Of a DNA stretch of 64,000 nucleotides, positions 40,729-50,721 are shown piece after piece. This DNA comes from an uncultured delta proteobacterium (lineage in GTDB: Bacteria > Desulfobacterota > Desulfobacteria > Desulfobacterales > UBA2156): NCBI GenBank assembly GCA_963736855.1, contig CAVTQK010000009.1:320001-384000 (forward strand). Reading direction: 5' to 3'. Both the position numbers and the translations under genes were made by a program. Each line of letters starts with the position of its first letter. Position 1 is the stretch's first letter. Under the pieces are notes generated by a model. The model searched no databases and was not told where the DNA came from. It saw nothing but the letters and a program-made list of their open reading frames with translations.

Positions 40729-41574
40729 ATGATCATCGATTTTCACACGCACCTTTTCCCGGAAGAGATCCGGAACAATCGGGAGCGCTTTTTCGACGGC
40801 GAGCCGGCGTTTCAACTCCTTTATAAATCCCCTTCATCCCGGCTTGCCGGGATGAATGACATCCTGAAGGTCATGGATGAAGACGGAGTCGGTGTCTCCG
40901 TGATATTCGGCTTTCCATGGAAAAACCTTGAGACCGCAAGGCGCCACAACGACTACATCATGGAAGCCGTCTCGAAGCACCCGGATCGGCTGGTCGGATT
41001 GTGCTGCCTGGAAACGATTTCGGATCCGTCCGGGCAGGAAGTGCGGCGTTGTCTGGACGGAGGGCTTTCCGGCGTGGGGGAGATCGCCTTTTACGATTCC
41101 GGTCTTGACGAAAAGGTTTTGGAAAGCCTCAATTCAGCCATGGAGGTCTGTAAAAACCGGGATATGCCCGTGCTGATCCATGTCAACGAACCCGTCGGAC
41201 ATGCGTATGCGGGAAAAACAAGGGTAACGCTTGCCCAGATCGAGACGCTTGTCCGGCGATACCCTCAAAACAGGATTGTGCTGGCTCATTGGGGCGGCGG
41301 AATCTTCTTTTTTCACCTTTTGAAAAAAGAAATCAAGGAAGCGCTAAAAAACGTTTTTTTCGACACCGCTGCCTCCCCTTTCCTATACGATCCCAAAATC
41401 TATCGGGTGGCATCCGACATCATCGGGCCTGAAAAAATACTTTTCGGAAGCGATTTTCCCCTCATCCGGCCCAAAAGGGGATTGCAGGAAATGGAAAAGG
41501 CGGGATTGAACCCGGAAGAAATCGTCCGGATTCAAGGGCAAAATGCGGCCGGGCTTTTGAAATTAAACCTTTGA
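40729..41574 (+). CDS. amidohydrolase_2 family metal-dependent hydrolase
   Basis: IDFHTH, GVGE, LAHWGGG, FDTAA, LFGSDFP. Confidence 0.9.
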   Translation: MIIDFHTHLFPEEIRNNRERFFDGEPAFQLLYKSPSSRLAGMNDILKVMDEDGVGVSVIFGFPWKNLETARRHNDYIMEAVSKHPDRLVGLCCLETISDPSGQEVRRCLDGGLSGVGEIAFYDSGLDEKVLESLNSAMEVCKNRDMPVLIHVNEPVGHAYAGKTRVTLAQIETLVRRYPQNRIVLAHWGGGIFFFHLLKKEIKEALKNVFFDTAASPFLYDPKIYRVASDIIGPEKILFGSDFPLIRPKRGLQEMEKAGLNPEEIVRIQGQNAAGLLKLNL

Positions 41575-42249
41575 ATCCAGTTTCTTGATCAGGTCTTGGA
41601 TTTTTTCCCGATGCTCCCAGGGGACCATGAGACGGCGCAAGGGACGATTGGGTATGACAACGCGCCGGACAGCCGATGGCTGAGTGAGATCTGCCCGATA
41701 AACGCCGTCGGATTCTGCAAGTTCCAGAAATACATCCGATAAGTTGCCCGAAAATCCTTTGACATCCAGGTGTTCGACATACTGCATCAAGACATGGGCA
41801 ACGGTAAGGACAAAGGGATTCATGGTGGCATGCCCCAAATCCCGGCATGAGATTTCCGAGACCATGGATCGACACATGAAGGGCCGAAAGGCATAGATCG
41901 TGCATTTCCCTTCCTCCAGCAAGGGGCATATGTCCCAGTCCGGATTTCCCTCTTCGTCGGGCACGTCCTCTCCCGAATCAAGAAGATCGGCCATCTGGTT
42001 GAGGGTGAGAGTGGGTTGAAACCGGGGTAGGTTTTTCAGGCCGATGATGCGGTCAAAAAGGCCCCCGGTTGCTGAAGCATCCAGGTTCTGAAGGATCCAC
42101 TCCCCTTCCAGAGCGGTCATCACCACATTTCGGGTGCAGCATGCCGCGCATCCTTTTTCACAGGCCAAGGGATGCGGCTGTATGAACCCGTCGAAGAGCC
42201 GATAAATTCGTTGCAGTTGCATCAGTCGCTCATTCATGTACAGGTTCAA
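41563..42249 (-). CDS. YkgJ-like cysteine-cluster protein
   Basis: CEKGCAACC...CPLL...CTIYAFRPFMCR. Confidence 0.85.
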   Translation of the reverse strand: MNLYMNERLMQLQRIYRLFDGFIQPHPLACEKGCAACCTRNVVMTALEGEWILQNLDASATGGLFDRIIGLKNLPRFQPTLTLNQMADLLDSGEDVPDEEGNPDWDICPLLEEGKCTIYAFRPFMCRSMVSEISCRDLGHATMNPFVLTVAHVLMQYVEHLDVKGFSGNLSDVFLELAESDGVYRADLTQPSAVRRVVIPNRPLRRLMVPWEHREKIQDLIKKLDSKV

Positions 42250-42300
42250 GCTCCTTTCAGGGTTTTTTGCCGGATCGTCAAAGGGGAAAAAGGGTCAGAA

Positions 42301-42338
42301 AGTTTCCAAATGGAAACTGATAATTTCCAGACGGAAAC
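42301..42338. promoter_or_regulatory. tandem inverted repeats, candidate enhancer (bEBP) sites
   Basis: AGTTTCC-AAAT-GGAAACT and TTTCC-AGAC-GGAAA, about 130-170 bp upstream of a sigma54 motif. Confidence 0.55.
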
Positions 42339-42469
42339 ATGGCGGTGTGTTTTGGGATGCTCTTTGGCTTTTCTTTGGGAGTTTCCGATAAATCCAAATC
42401 ATAATTAAGATTTTGATATCATTGACTATTATAATCAATAAAATATTTTGGAGTCTATTTTAATGTTTC

Positions 42470-42485
42470 AGGCATGGTATTTGCT
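42470..42485 (+). promoter_or_regulatory. sigma54 (-24/-12) promoter
   Basis: AGGCATGGTATTTGCT with GG-N10-GC spacing; AT-rich tract upstream. Confidence 0.65.
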
Positions 42486-42495
42486 TGCTATTAAT

Positions 42496-42564
42496 GGTAC
42501 GTGCATTTCTTCATCTTCATTTTCTCCTTAACGGCTGGCCATGGTGACCGGCCGTTTTTATTTT
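42496..42564 (+). ncRNA. candidate sigma54-dependent small RNA with an anti-SD tract
   Basis: Predicted +1 near 42496; CU-rich TTCTTCATCTTCATTTTCTCCTT; hairpin AACGGCTGG..CCGGCCGTT followed by a T run. Confidence 0.45.
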
Positions 42565-43250
42565 GCACCCCCGATTTCTTCCTTGACCAAGGTGCTGTAG
42601 AAGGAATCCGGAAAATCGGCAAGGATTTGCTTGAATTTTTCGGACCTGGCTTCGGTGTTTCCCGCTTTTCCGGACAGATTTGCCAGAATAAAGAGGGCTT
42701 CGTCTTTCAGTAAAGGTACATCCCCCGAGGCGACCTGTTCGAAGTACTTGGCCGCCTGATCGGGTTGTTGCTTTTTCAAATAGGCATGGCCGATGCTGCT
42801 CAAAATGACGTTTCTCAACAAAGGGTTGTCCTTGTAATCATCGAGGGCATCCTGATAAGCAGTGATTGCGCTGTCCTGATCGCCACCTTGAAAACAGAGG
42901 TTTGCATACAAAACCCGTCCCATTTTCCCGGAGCCGGTGCCCGGATATTCTTTGAAAAATGCCGCCAGCATCTCCTTTGTCTGGCCCATCTTCTCACCGG
43001 AGACAGTGCCTTCATCGACCTGACGATAGGTCGCCATGATCTTTCCAAAAGCCTCGATCGCTTTTTTTTCTCTTATATTCCGGTAGTACATCCACCCGGA
43101 ACCGGCCGCTGCAACGAAAATCAAGGCTGCCGCGCCCCAAAAAATCCGATCCTTGTTTTGAAGAATCCATTGAAGCATCCGGGCCGAAAATGTGAGGAAT
43201 TCGTCCGGTTCTTTCAAAAGCTCTTTTCGGGTGATTTTCTTCTTTAACAT
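42558..43250 (-). CDS. membrane-anchored TPR protein (YfgM-like)
   Basis: GGAGG RBS, MLKKKITRKELLKEPDEF, one TM segment, TPR repeats. Confidence 0.85.
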   Translation of the reverse strand: MLKKKITRKELLKEPDEFLTFSARMLQWILQNKDRIFWGAAALIFVAAAGSGWMYYRNIREKKAIEAFGKIMATYRQVDEGTVSGEKMGQTKEMLAAFFKEYPGTGSGKMGRVLYANLCFQGGDQDSAITAYQDALDDYKDNPLLRNVILSSIGHAYLKKQQPDQAAKYFEQVASGDVPLLKDEALFILANLSGKAGNTEARSEKFKQILADFPDSFYSTLVKEEIGGAK

Positions 43251-43525
43251 ATATCCTCCGGTCAACCGGTATATTCTGTGATTTTGAAGCTTCCCGCTAA
43301 AAAACGTGTGGCTTCCTTCCACCCCGTCTTTGAAGGCGGAGCTTGAGCGAAGCATGCCGATCAAACGGCTTTACAAACCTTCCGGCATCCTGTATATTTT
43401 TTATTATGCCTCATAGGATATTCTGAAGGTTGGGGCAATAGAAAAGCGACTCTCCTGGGCGTTTCTGCCTTTCCATTCGTACCCGCAGCCCCGATATTTG
43501 GGTGTGACTTGCTTTTTTCCAGGAG

Positions 43526-45313
43526 GTGATTATCGTGACAGGTATGAAAACAAGATACGAAAAAATGCCTGACCCTAAAGAGCTTGAAAAAGAAATCGGT
43601 GATTTTTTAACCAAGAAGTTCGGGGACTCGGTGAAGATTGCCGGTCCCATCATCTTTTCCCAGGAGCTTCCTTTTGAAAGTGAAAAACCCGGTCCGAGCA
43701 AGAAGAAGAAAAAAATCAACTTTGATCTTAAACCCGAAGACCTGATCGACTACCTGGATCGATATATCGTCAAACAGGACAACGCCAAGGCTATCCTTGC
43801 TACCAAGATTTGCACCCATTTCAACCGAATCAGACGGTCGCAAAACGGCGATGGCGACATCAGTGACATGGTGGGGAGCATCAAGAACAACGTCCTGATG
43901 ATCGGGCCTACCGGTGTGGGAAAAACCTACATGGTGAAGTTGATCGCCAAGAAAATCGGGGTGCCGTTCGTAAAAGGGGACGCCACCAAGTTCAGCGAAA
44001 CCGGATATGTCGGCGGAGACGTGGAAGATCTGGTGAGGGATCTGGTTCGCGAAGCGGATGGGGATATCGAGCTGGCCCAGCACGGAATCATCTACATCGA
44101 TGAAATCGACAAGATCGCCTCGAGTCGCTACATCATCGGCGCTGACGTATCCCGGACCGGGGTCCAACGGGCCCTGCTCAAGCCGCTGGAAGAGACCGAA
44201 GTCGATCTGAAGGTGCCCCATGACCCCATCTCTATGATCCAGGAGATCGATCGCTTTCGCAAGACCGGGAAACGCGATAAGCGCAGCGTTAATACAAGAA
44301 ATATCCTGTTCATCGTCAGCGGTGCCTTTACGGATCTGTCGGAAATTATTAAAAAGCGAATGATCGACCAGAAAATTGGTTTCGGCGCCAAGATCCAAAG
44401 TGGTAAAGACCAGATGGATATCCTCAAACATGTTAAATCGGAGGACCTCATCGCCTTTGGGTTCGAAACCGAATTCGTCGGCCGTCTCCCGGTAAGAGCG
44501 ATCTTCGAGCATCTGACCGATGCGGATCTTTTCGACATCCTGAAAAATCCCAATAATCCCATCATGTTGGGGAAAAAATTCGATTTTGCCGCTTACGACA
44601 TCGACATTCGTTTCGAGGAAGGCCTTCTTGCCCGCCTGGCCAAACTGGCATTTCAGGAAAACACAGGAGCCCGGGGGTTGGTCAGCGCAGTGGAAAAGGC
44701 GCTTTTGTTGTTCGAACGACGGCTTCCCTCCACCCAGGTGCGGCATTTTCCAGCGACGTCTGCCATCCTTGAAGATCCGCAAAAGGTCCTTGAGGACCTC
44801 GTCGACCCTGAAAACCGAGAAAATGTGCTGAAAACCCACGAGGTGCTCTTCCAGGCAGAGAGGGAGCACATTAAGGCCTATTGTTTTGCCAACCGGAAGG
44901 AACTGTCCGAAAAGTACAATCTGACCCTTTCCACATCCCGCATCGATAATATCGCCACCTGCTATTGCAAGAACATCATGGACGTGGGGAGCGCCGTAGA
45001 GAAGATCAAGTCTTCCTATGATGAGATCAAAAAGATAGAGCTTTACTTTTACAAGAGCCACGATATCAATATCGTTTTGGAAGAAGACGCCGTTGATTAC
45101 ATTATCGAACAATTGATCAACACCCCGCTTGATATCAAGGCATTTTATAAAAAGCTGACGACGGATTTTCAACTGGGACTCAAGCTGGTCAGAGAAAAGA
45201 CCGGGAAAAACCGGTTTTTCATCACCCGTGAAGCGCTGCTGAATCCGGAAACCCATATCAGCACCCTTATCAGGGATGAACTTAAGCTGCTCAGCATCGA
45301 TCGGACTCCCTGA
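43526..45313 (+). CDS. ClpX-like AAA+ ATPase (no N-terminal Zn finger, long C-terminal extension)
   Basis: GPTGVGKT, DATKFSETGYVGGDVE, YIDEIDKI, GVQRALLK, GARGL. Confidence 0.88.
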   Translation: MIIVTGMKTRYEKMPDPKELEKEIGDFLTKKFGDSVKIAGPIIFSQELPFESEKPGPSKKKKKINFDLKPEDLIDYLDRYIVKQDNAKAILATKICTHFNRIRRSQNGDGDISDMVGSIKNNVLMIGPTGVGKTYMVKLIAKKIGVPFVKGDATKFSETGYVGGDVEDLVRDLVREADGDIELAQHGIIYIDEIDKIASSRYIIGADVSRTGVQRALLKPLEETEVDLKVPHDPISMIQEIDRFRKTGKRDKRSVNTRNILFIVSGAFTDLSEIIKKRMIDQKIGFGAKIQSGKDQMDILKHVKSEDLIAFGFETEFVGRLPVRAIFEHLTDADLFDILKNPNNPIMLGKKFDFAAYDIDIRFEEGLLARLAKLAFQENTGARGLVSAVEKALLLFERRLPSTQVRHFPATSAILEDPQKVLEDLVDPENRENVLKTHEVLFQAEREHIKAYCFANRKELSEKYNLTLSTSRIDNIATCYCKNIMDVGSAVEKIKSSYDEIKKIELYFYKSHDINIVLEEDAVDYIIEQLINTPLDIKAFYKKLTTDFQLGLKLVREKTGKNRFFITREALLNPETHISTLIRDELKLLSIDRTP

Positions 45314-45382
45314 GACGGTGGCCACCCCCCGGCGTTGCACGGATCCTGCCGAAAGACAGGTTGATATAAAGAACAATTCATC

Positions 45383-46561
45383 ATGATCGGCATATCCAAA
45401 TTATATTGCAATACGGTGGAGCCCTCCGATGCGCTGCGCTACGACAGACACTCCTCCCGCCTCCCGTCCCACTTATTGCAATTTTCCGAAGACAAACGAC
45501 CGGTGGTGGTCTGGAATGTCACCCGGCAATGTAATTTGAGTTGCATTCACTGCTATGCCCATGCCAAGCATACGACCACCGAAAACGAGCTGACCCTGGA
45601 AGAAAGCCGGCAGATCATGGACGATCTGGCCCGGTTCGGCGTGCCGGTCCTCCTTTTTTCCGGCGGCGAGCCTCTGGTCCGAAAAGACCTTCCGGACTTA
45701 GCCGCCTATGCGGTTGAAAAGGGGATGCGGGCGGTGATTTCAACCAATGGCACCCTGATCACGCGGGACATTGCCCGTATCCTTCAAGAGATCGGGCTTT
45801 CATACGTGGGGATCAGCCTGGACGGCATGGAAGCGGTTAATGATCGCTTCAGGGGGATGACCGGAGCGTTTCAAATGGCTTTGGAAGGAATCCGGAACTG
45901 CCAGGAGGCCGGCATCAAGGTAGGATTACGCTTTACCGTCAACAAGTTCAATGTACAAGAGATCCCCAAGATATTCGCCCTCCTCGAAGAGATGGATATA
46001 CCCAGGGTTTGCTTTTACCACCTGGTTTACGCCGGCCGCGGATCTAAGCTCTTGGAAGAAGATCTTTCCCACAAGGAATCCCGGGCGGTTGTGGACCTGA
46101 TCATGAATCTGACCCGGGATCTTCACGATCGGGGAAAACCCAAAGAGGTTCTCACCGTGGATAACCATGCAGACGGACCCTATCTCTACCTGCGCTTGTT
46201 AAAAGAAAACCCGAAACGGGCGGCCGACGTCCTTCAGCTTTTAAAAATGAATGAGGGGAACAATTCCGGCAGGGGGATCGGGTGTATCAGCTGGAACGGA
46301 GAGGTCCACGCCGACCAATTCTGGCGGCATTACAGTTTTGGAAATGTCAAGGAGCGCCCCTTTTCACAGATCTGGACGGATCTTTCGAATCCGCTGATGC
46401 AAAAATTGAAAGAAAAGAAAAAGCACATGACGGGACGGTGCGCCAAATGCCGCTGGCTTGACATTTGCGGAGGCAACTTCAGGGTGAGGGCCGAAGCCGT
46501 GACCGGCGACGTGTGGGCCCCGGACCCGGCTTGCTATCTTACCGACGAAGAAATCGCTTGA
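45383..46561 (+). CDS. ahbC: 12,18-didecarboxysiroheme deacetylase (radical SAM)
   Basis: MIGISKLYC N-terminus, CNLSCIHC, TVDNHADG, SPASM cysteines; next to hemB. Confidence 0.92.
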   Translation: MIGISKLYCNTVEPSDALRYDRHSSRLPSHLLQFSEDKRPVVVWNVTRQCNLSCIHCYAHAKHTTTENELTLEESRQIMDDLARFGVPVLLFSGGEPLVRKDLPDLAAYAVEKGMRAVISTNGTLITRDIARILQEIGLSYVGISLDGMEAVNDRFRGMTGAFQMALEGIRNCQEAGIKVGLRFTVNKFNVQEIPKIFALLEEMDIPRVCFYHLVYAGRGSKLLEEDLSHKESRAVVDLIMNLTRDLHDRGKPKEVLTVDNHADGPYLYLRLLKENPKRAADVLQLLKMNEGNNSGRGIGCISWNGEVHADQFWRHYSFGNVKERPFSQIWTDLSNPLMQKLKEKKKHMTGRCAKCRWLDICGGNFRVRAEAVTGDVWAPDPACYLTDEEIA

Positions 46562-46678
46562 GCGTTTCCAATTTGGAAACCCTTCGGATCGCGTAATCTA
46601 TGCTGAAAGTGGATTCTTTTCCATTACAAAGTCTTATGAAACCTATTAACCCTCAACTCGTTTTAAAAGGAAAAACAG

Positions 46679-47653
46679 ATGTTGTTTCCCGATTACAGGC
46701 CCAGGCGGTTGCGACAAAATCCGGCGTTTCGGCGGATGATCCGCGAAACCCGTCTCAGTGTCGATGACCTCATCCTTCCCCTTTTTGCCGCGCACGGCAA
46801 AGGGGTTAAAGAACCGATCTCTTCCATGCCCGGCCAGTACCACCTGTCTACGGACAACCTGGTCAAGGTCGCCAAGGATGCGTTGGATATGGGGATTCCG
46901 GCCATTTTACTTTTCGGCATCCCTCAGAAAAAGGACGCCCTGGGCACCGAGGCCTATTCCAAAGACGGCATCGTCCAGAAAGCAGTTCGGGCTGTTAAGG
47001 ACAAGGTTTCCGGAATAGCGGTGATCACCGATGTCTGCTTATGCCAGTATACGGATCATGGACATTGCGGGATCTTAAACGGAAAAACGGTAGACAACGA
47101 TGCGTCCCTGGAGCTTTTAGCCAAAGTTGCGCTTTCCCATGCCAAGGCCGGCTCCGACATGGTGGCGCCTTCCGACATGATGGACGGCAGGGTGGCGGAG
47201 ATACGGGATACCCTTGACGAGGATGGATTTGAACATATTCCCATCATGTCCTACGCGGCCAAGTACTGCTCGGCCTATTATGGCCCCTTCCGACAAGCGG
47301 CCGATTCCGCCCCCAAGTTCGGAGATCGACAAACCTACCAGATGGATCCGGCCAATGCCCTGGAAGCCATCCGGGAGGTAACCATGGACATTGAAGAAGG
47401 GGCGGACATCATTATGATCAAGCCCGCCCTGGCCTACCTGGACATCATCTACCGGGTCCGCGAAGAGATCGATCTCCCTGTCGCCGCTTATAACGTCAGC
47501 GGCGAATATGCTATGATCAAAGCGGCCGACAAATTGGGAGTTCTCGACGGCAAAAAGGTAATGATGGAAACCCTGACAGCCATCAAACGAGCCGGCGCCG
47601 ACATGATTCTCACCTACTTCGCAATGGAGGCCGCAAAGGCGCTTCAGGAGTAA
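46679..47653 (+). CDS. hemB: porphobilinogen synthase
   Basis: [34 protein letters not shown]. Confidence 0.97.
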   Translation: MLFPDYRPRRLRQNPAFRRMIRETRLSVDDLILPLFAAHGKGVKEPISSMPGQYHLSTDNLVKVAKDALDMGIPAILLFGIPQKKDALGTEAYSKDGIVQKAVRAVKDKVSGIAVITDVCLCQYTDHGHCGILNGKTVDNDASLELLAKVALSHAKAGSDMVAPSDMMDGRVAEIRDTLDEDGFEHIPIMSYAAKYCSAYYGPFRQAADSAPKFGDRQTYQMDPANALEAIREVTMDIEEGADIIMIKPALAYLDIIYRVREEIDLPVAAYNVSGEYAMIKAADKLGVLDGKKVMMETLTAIKRAGADMILTYFAMEAAKALQE

Positions 47654-47660
47654 TTGTGCG

Positions 47661-48788
47661 TTGAAAGAGACAAACGGCATGACTGCAAACCGCCATCATC
47701 CCTCGCCCAGTCATGACCCTGGAAAAGCTCACCAGGATATGGGGTCCGGCCCGCGATTGGTGGCGTGGGAGATCACGCGCAATTGCAACCTCGCCTGCGT
47801 CCATTGCCGGGCGTCGGCCACCTCCGGGCCTTACAGCGATGAGTTTGACACTGATGCAGCCCTGACGTTGGTGAACCAGATCGCCCAGACAGGAAGCCCC
47901 ATCGTCATTTTAACGGGCGGAGAACCCCTTTTACGGAAAGATATTTTCGAGATCGCCACTTTTGGGACGAAAAAGGGTTTACGGATGGTCATGGCACCCA
48001 ACGGAACCCTCGTTACTGAGGAAATTGCCCGGAAACTAGCCGACTCCGGTATTAAACGGGTCAGCATCAGCCTGGACGGGGCATCTGCCGAAACCCACGA
48101 CCGGTTCAGGGGTGTCGACGGTGCATTCCAGGGGGCCCTGAGAGGTATCCGCCATATCCAGTCGGCGGGAATCGAGTTTCAAATCAACACCACCATCACC
48201 CAGATGAACCTCGACCAGATTCCCGAAATCCAGGACCTGGCTGTCGAACTAGGAGCGGTGGCGCATCACATTTTCCTGCTGGTTCCCACCGGCCGAGGAA
48301 AATACATCGTGGATCGTGCCATCACCGCCGACCAATACGAATCCACCCTGAACTGGTTTTATGACCAGCGGAGCCGAACCCTCCTGCAACTCAAAGCCAC
48401 CTGCGCACCCCATTACTATAGGATCTTGAGGCAACGCGCCAAACAGGACGGAATCTCGGTGACTTTCCAGACTCATGGCCTCGACGCCGTCACCCGAGGA
48501 TGTCTGGGCGGGGTAGGTTTTTGCTTCATCTCCCACCAAGGCATTGTCCAACCCTGCGGATTTCTGAACCTCAATTGCGGGGATGTCACGAAAAACCCTT
48601 TCCCCGAGATTTGGAATCACTCGGAAATCTTTTTATCCCTTCGAGATTTCGGCAAATTGAAAGGGAAATGCGGAGTTTGCGAATATCGGAGGGTCTGCGG
48701 CGGTTGCCGGGCCAGGGCCTTTGAGGCCACCGGCGACTACCTTGCCGAAGAACCGCTCTGCAACTACCTGCCGCGTTCTCTCTCCTGA
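47661..48788 (+). CDS. ahbD: AdoMet-dependent heme b synthase (radical SAM)
   Basis: LVAWEITRNCNLACVHC, LLVPTGRG, KATCAPHYYR, SPASM domain. Confidence 0.9.
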   Translation: MKETNGMTANRHHPSPSHDPGKAHQDMGSGPRLVAWEITRNCNLACVHCRASATSGPYSDEFDTDAALTLVNQIAQTGSPIVILTGGEPLLRKDIFEIATFGTKKGLRMVMAPNGTLVTEEIARKLADSGIKRVSISLDGASAETHDRFRGVDGAFQGALRGIRHIQSAGIEFQINTTITQMNLDQIPEIQDLAVELGAVAHHIFLLVPTGRGKYIVDRAITADQYESTLNWFYDQRSRTLLQLKATCAPHYYRILRQRAKQDGISVTFQTHGLDAVTRGCLGGVGFCFISHQGIVQPCGFLNLNCGDVTKNPFPEIWNHSEIFLSLRDFGKLKGKCGVCEYRRVCGGCRARAFEATGDYLAEEPLCNYLPRSLS

Positions 48789-48942
48789 AAATGCCATTTC
48801 ACTGCTCTTGTTATCCGCGGTAGTAAAAAGAAAGTCTTGCAATTTTTGCGCCATTGGTATTTATTCGATTCGGTCGCATCGTTATCACTCCTTGCGCTCA
48901 AAGTCCGGCCGGTCCCAGCACCCGGAATAAAAGGAACACCCA

Positions 48943-49548
48943 ATGAAGATCAGCGAATTAATGATTCCGAATCCGATCACCATCACCGAAGAGGCCTCCA
49001 TCCAGGATGCCATCTACCTCATGAAGACCAACTCCATCCGTCATCTTCCGGTTGTTTCCAGGGGCAAAGCGCTCAAAGGCTTCGTCACCCTGGCCGATCT
49101 GAAACAGGGCCTGATCCCTTCCATGGTTGGGGATCTTTCACTTTCGGATCTGATGATCAAAGATCCCATCACCGTGGACCCCGATGACGACATCGAAATC
49201 GCTGCCCAGCGGATCTACAAATACAAGATCGGGGGGATTCCGGTGGTGAAAAAAAAGAGGTTGGTGGGAATCATCACGGAAAGCGACATCCTGCGCGCCT
49301 TCATCGATATGATGGGTTTTCTCAAGGCGAGCTCCCGCATCGACGTCACCATCAATGACGTACCCGGCCTGTTCCGAAAAGCCCTCGATATCATCAATGA
49401 CGCAGGGGGCGATATCATCAGTGTCGGTATGGGTGTTCAGCAAAAAGGAAAAAAAACATACTACTTTCGTCTTTCCCCCTGCAAGACCCGGCCCATCCGG
49501 ATTGCACTGGAGGCCCAAGGGTTTACGGTCCCTACCGCAACGGATTAG
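48943..49548 (+). CDS. CBS + ACT domain protein (AcuB-like)
   Basis: IRHLPVV and LVGIITESDIL CBS pair; C-terminal ACT-like segment. Confidence 0.88.
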   Translation: MKISELMIPNPITITEEASIQDAIYLMKTNSIRHLPVVSRGKALKGFVTLADLKQGLIPSMVGDLSLSDLMIKDPITVDPDDDIEIAAQRIYKYKIGGIPVVKKKRLVGIITESDILRAFIDMMGFLKASSRIDVTINDVPGLFRKALDIINDAGGDIISVGMGVQQKGKKTYYFRLSPCKTRPIRIALEAQGFTVPTATD

Positions 49549-49596
49549 GCGGCACCTCCGAACCGATGACCCTTCGGGACCGAATCTGCGGCAACA

Positions 49597-50634
49597 TCAG
49601 ACATTGAACCGGATTTGAATAATATCCCCATCTTGTACCTTGTAGGTCTTGCCTTCTAAACGGACCGTACCCCGCTTCCTGGCTTCCGGGAGGGACCCCA
49701 CTTCCATCAGATCCTTGTGGGCGATCACCTCAGCCCGAATGAATCCCTTCTTCATGTCGGTGTGAATGGTTCCGGCCGCATCCAGGGCACTGCCCCCTTT
49801 TTTTAAAGTCCATGCCCGGACCTCGTCGCTGAGGACCGTGAAAAAGGAAATCAGTCCTAAAAGGGTATAGGAGCACCGGATGACCCGGCGGGCAGCGGGT
49901 TCGCGAATTCCGAATCCCGATAAAAATTGCCGGGCTTCTGTCTCCTCCATCTGGGCGAGCTCTTGTTCGATCTTGCCTCGGATCGCCAGAGTCTCTTCTG
50001 AAAAAACCGAACCCGGCGGCAGCGCCGGGGGCTCGGAATCGTCTTCCCCATTGTTGAAGACTACGAGCATCGGTTTTGCGGAAAGAAGGGCATACCCTCT
50101 CAGGCGGCCATGGGAAGCCAGTTCCGGGGCTTTTCTCAACGGCTGTCCGGTCTCCAGTTGCCGATGGCAGGCTTTCAGCAGGACCGGTTCCTCCTCGTCG
50201 GGCTTTTTCCCCCGCTTTCGATCCGCTAAAAGGTGGTTGATGCGGTTTTCCAGCACGATGAGGTCATTCAGGGTAAGCTCCTGATCCAGCCTTGCAAAGT
50301 CTTCAAAGGGGGAAGGATCCGGAAGGCCCGGAAAAGAAAAATTCCGGAGTACATGAATGAGGGCGTCGCAATCCCGTATGCGGTTGCCGATCCCCTGGTC
50401 GTAAACCCGGTCCTGCTGATGAGGCCCAAGCTGCGGCAAAAAGTAGGTGACCTGGGCAAAAACCACCTTTTTAGGCTTGAAAATACCGGTCAAGTCATTG
50501 AGACGCTCATCCGGTACGCTGACGGTGCCGATCCGATCCTGACCTTTGTGACCGGGCTCCTCCCAAGCTTGAGTGAGGGCCTCAAAAACCGTCGACTTAC
50601 CGGAGCCCGGAAGACCGATGATCCCGATTTTCAT
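49597..50634 (-). CDS. YchF-like P-loop ATPase (DUF933)
   Basis: GLPGSGKST, LISFFT, EVRAWT, AGTIHTDM..GFIRAE, VQDGD. Confidence 0.88.
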   Translation of the reverse strand: MKIGIIGLPGSGKSTVFEALTQAWEEPGHKGQDRIGTVSVPDERLNDLTGIFKPKKVVFAQVTYFLPQLGPHQQDRVYDQGIGNRIRDCDALIHVLRNFSFPGLPDPSPFEDFARLDQELTLNDLIVLENRINHLLADRKRGKKPDEEEPVLLKACHRQLETGQPLRKAPELASHGRLRGYALLSAKPMLVVFNNGEDDSEPPALPPGSVFSEETLAIRGKIEQELAQMEETEARQFLSGFGIREPAARRVIRCSYTLLGLISFFTVLSDEVRAWTLKKGGSALDAAGTIHTDMKKGFIRAEVIAHKDLMEVGSLPEARKRGTVRLEGKTYKVQDGDIIQIRFNV

Positions 50635-50721
50635 GGGGCAGACCTCCTTTGCGGCTATAAGAGATACCCCCATTTCCTGCATACTCCATCCTTAACCGGG
50701 GTGCAAGCCATGACCGCCGTT

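Noticed and set aside
43607..45376. 589-aa antisense ORF and similar long shadow ORFs (e.g. 29434..30519, 31385..32518, 18099..19001)
   Set aside because: They lie opposite well-supported genes and have no motifs; expected from codon bias.
46564..46580. GTTTCC-AATTT-GGAAAC palindrome before hemB, similar to the 42301 sites
   Set aside because: Spacer differs (5 vs 4 nt), it is a single copy, and no sigma54 motif follows; may be a simple hairpin after the ahbC stop.
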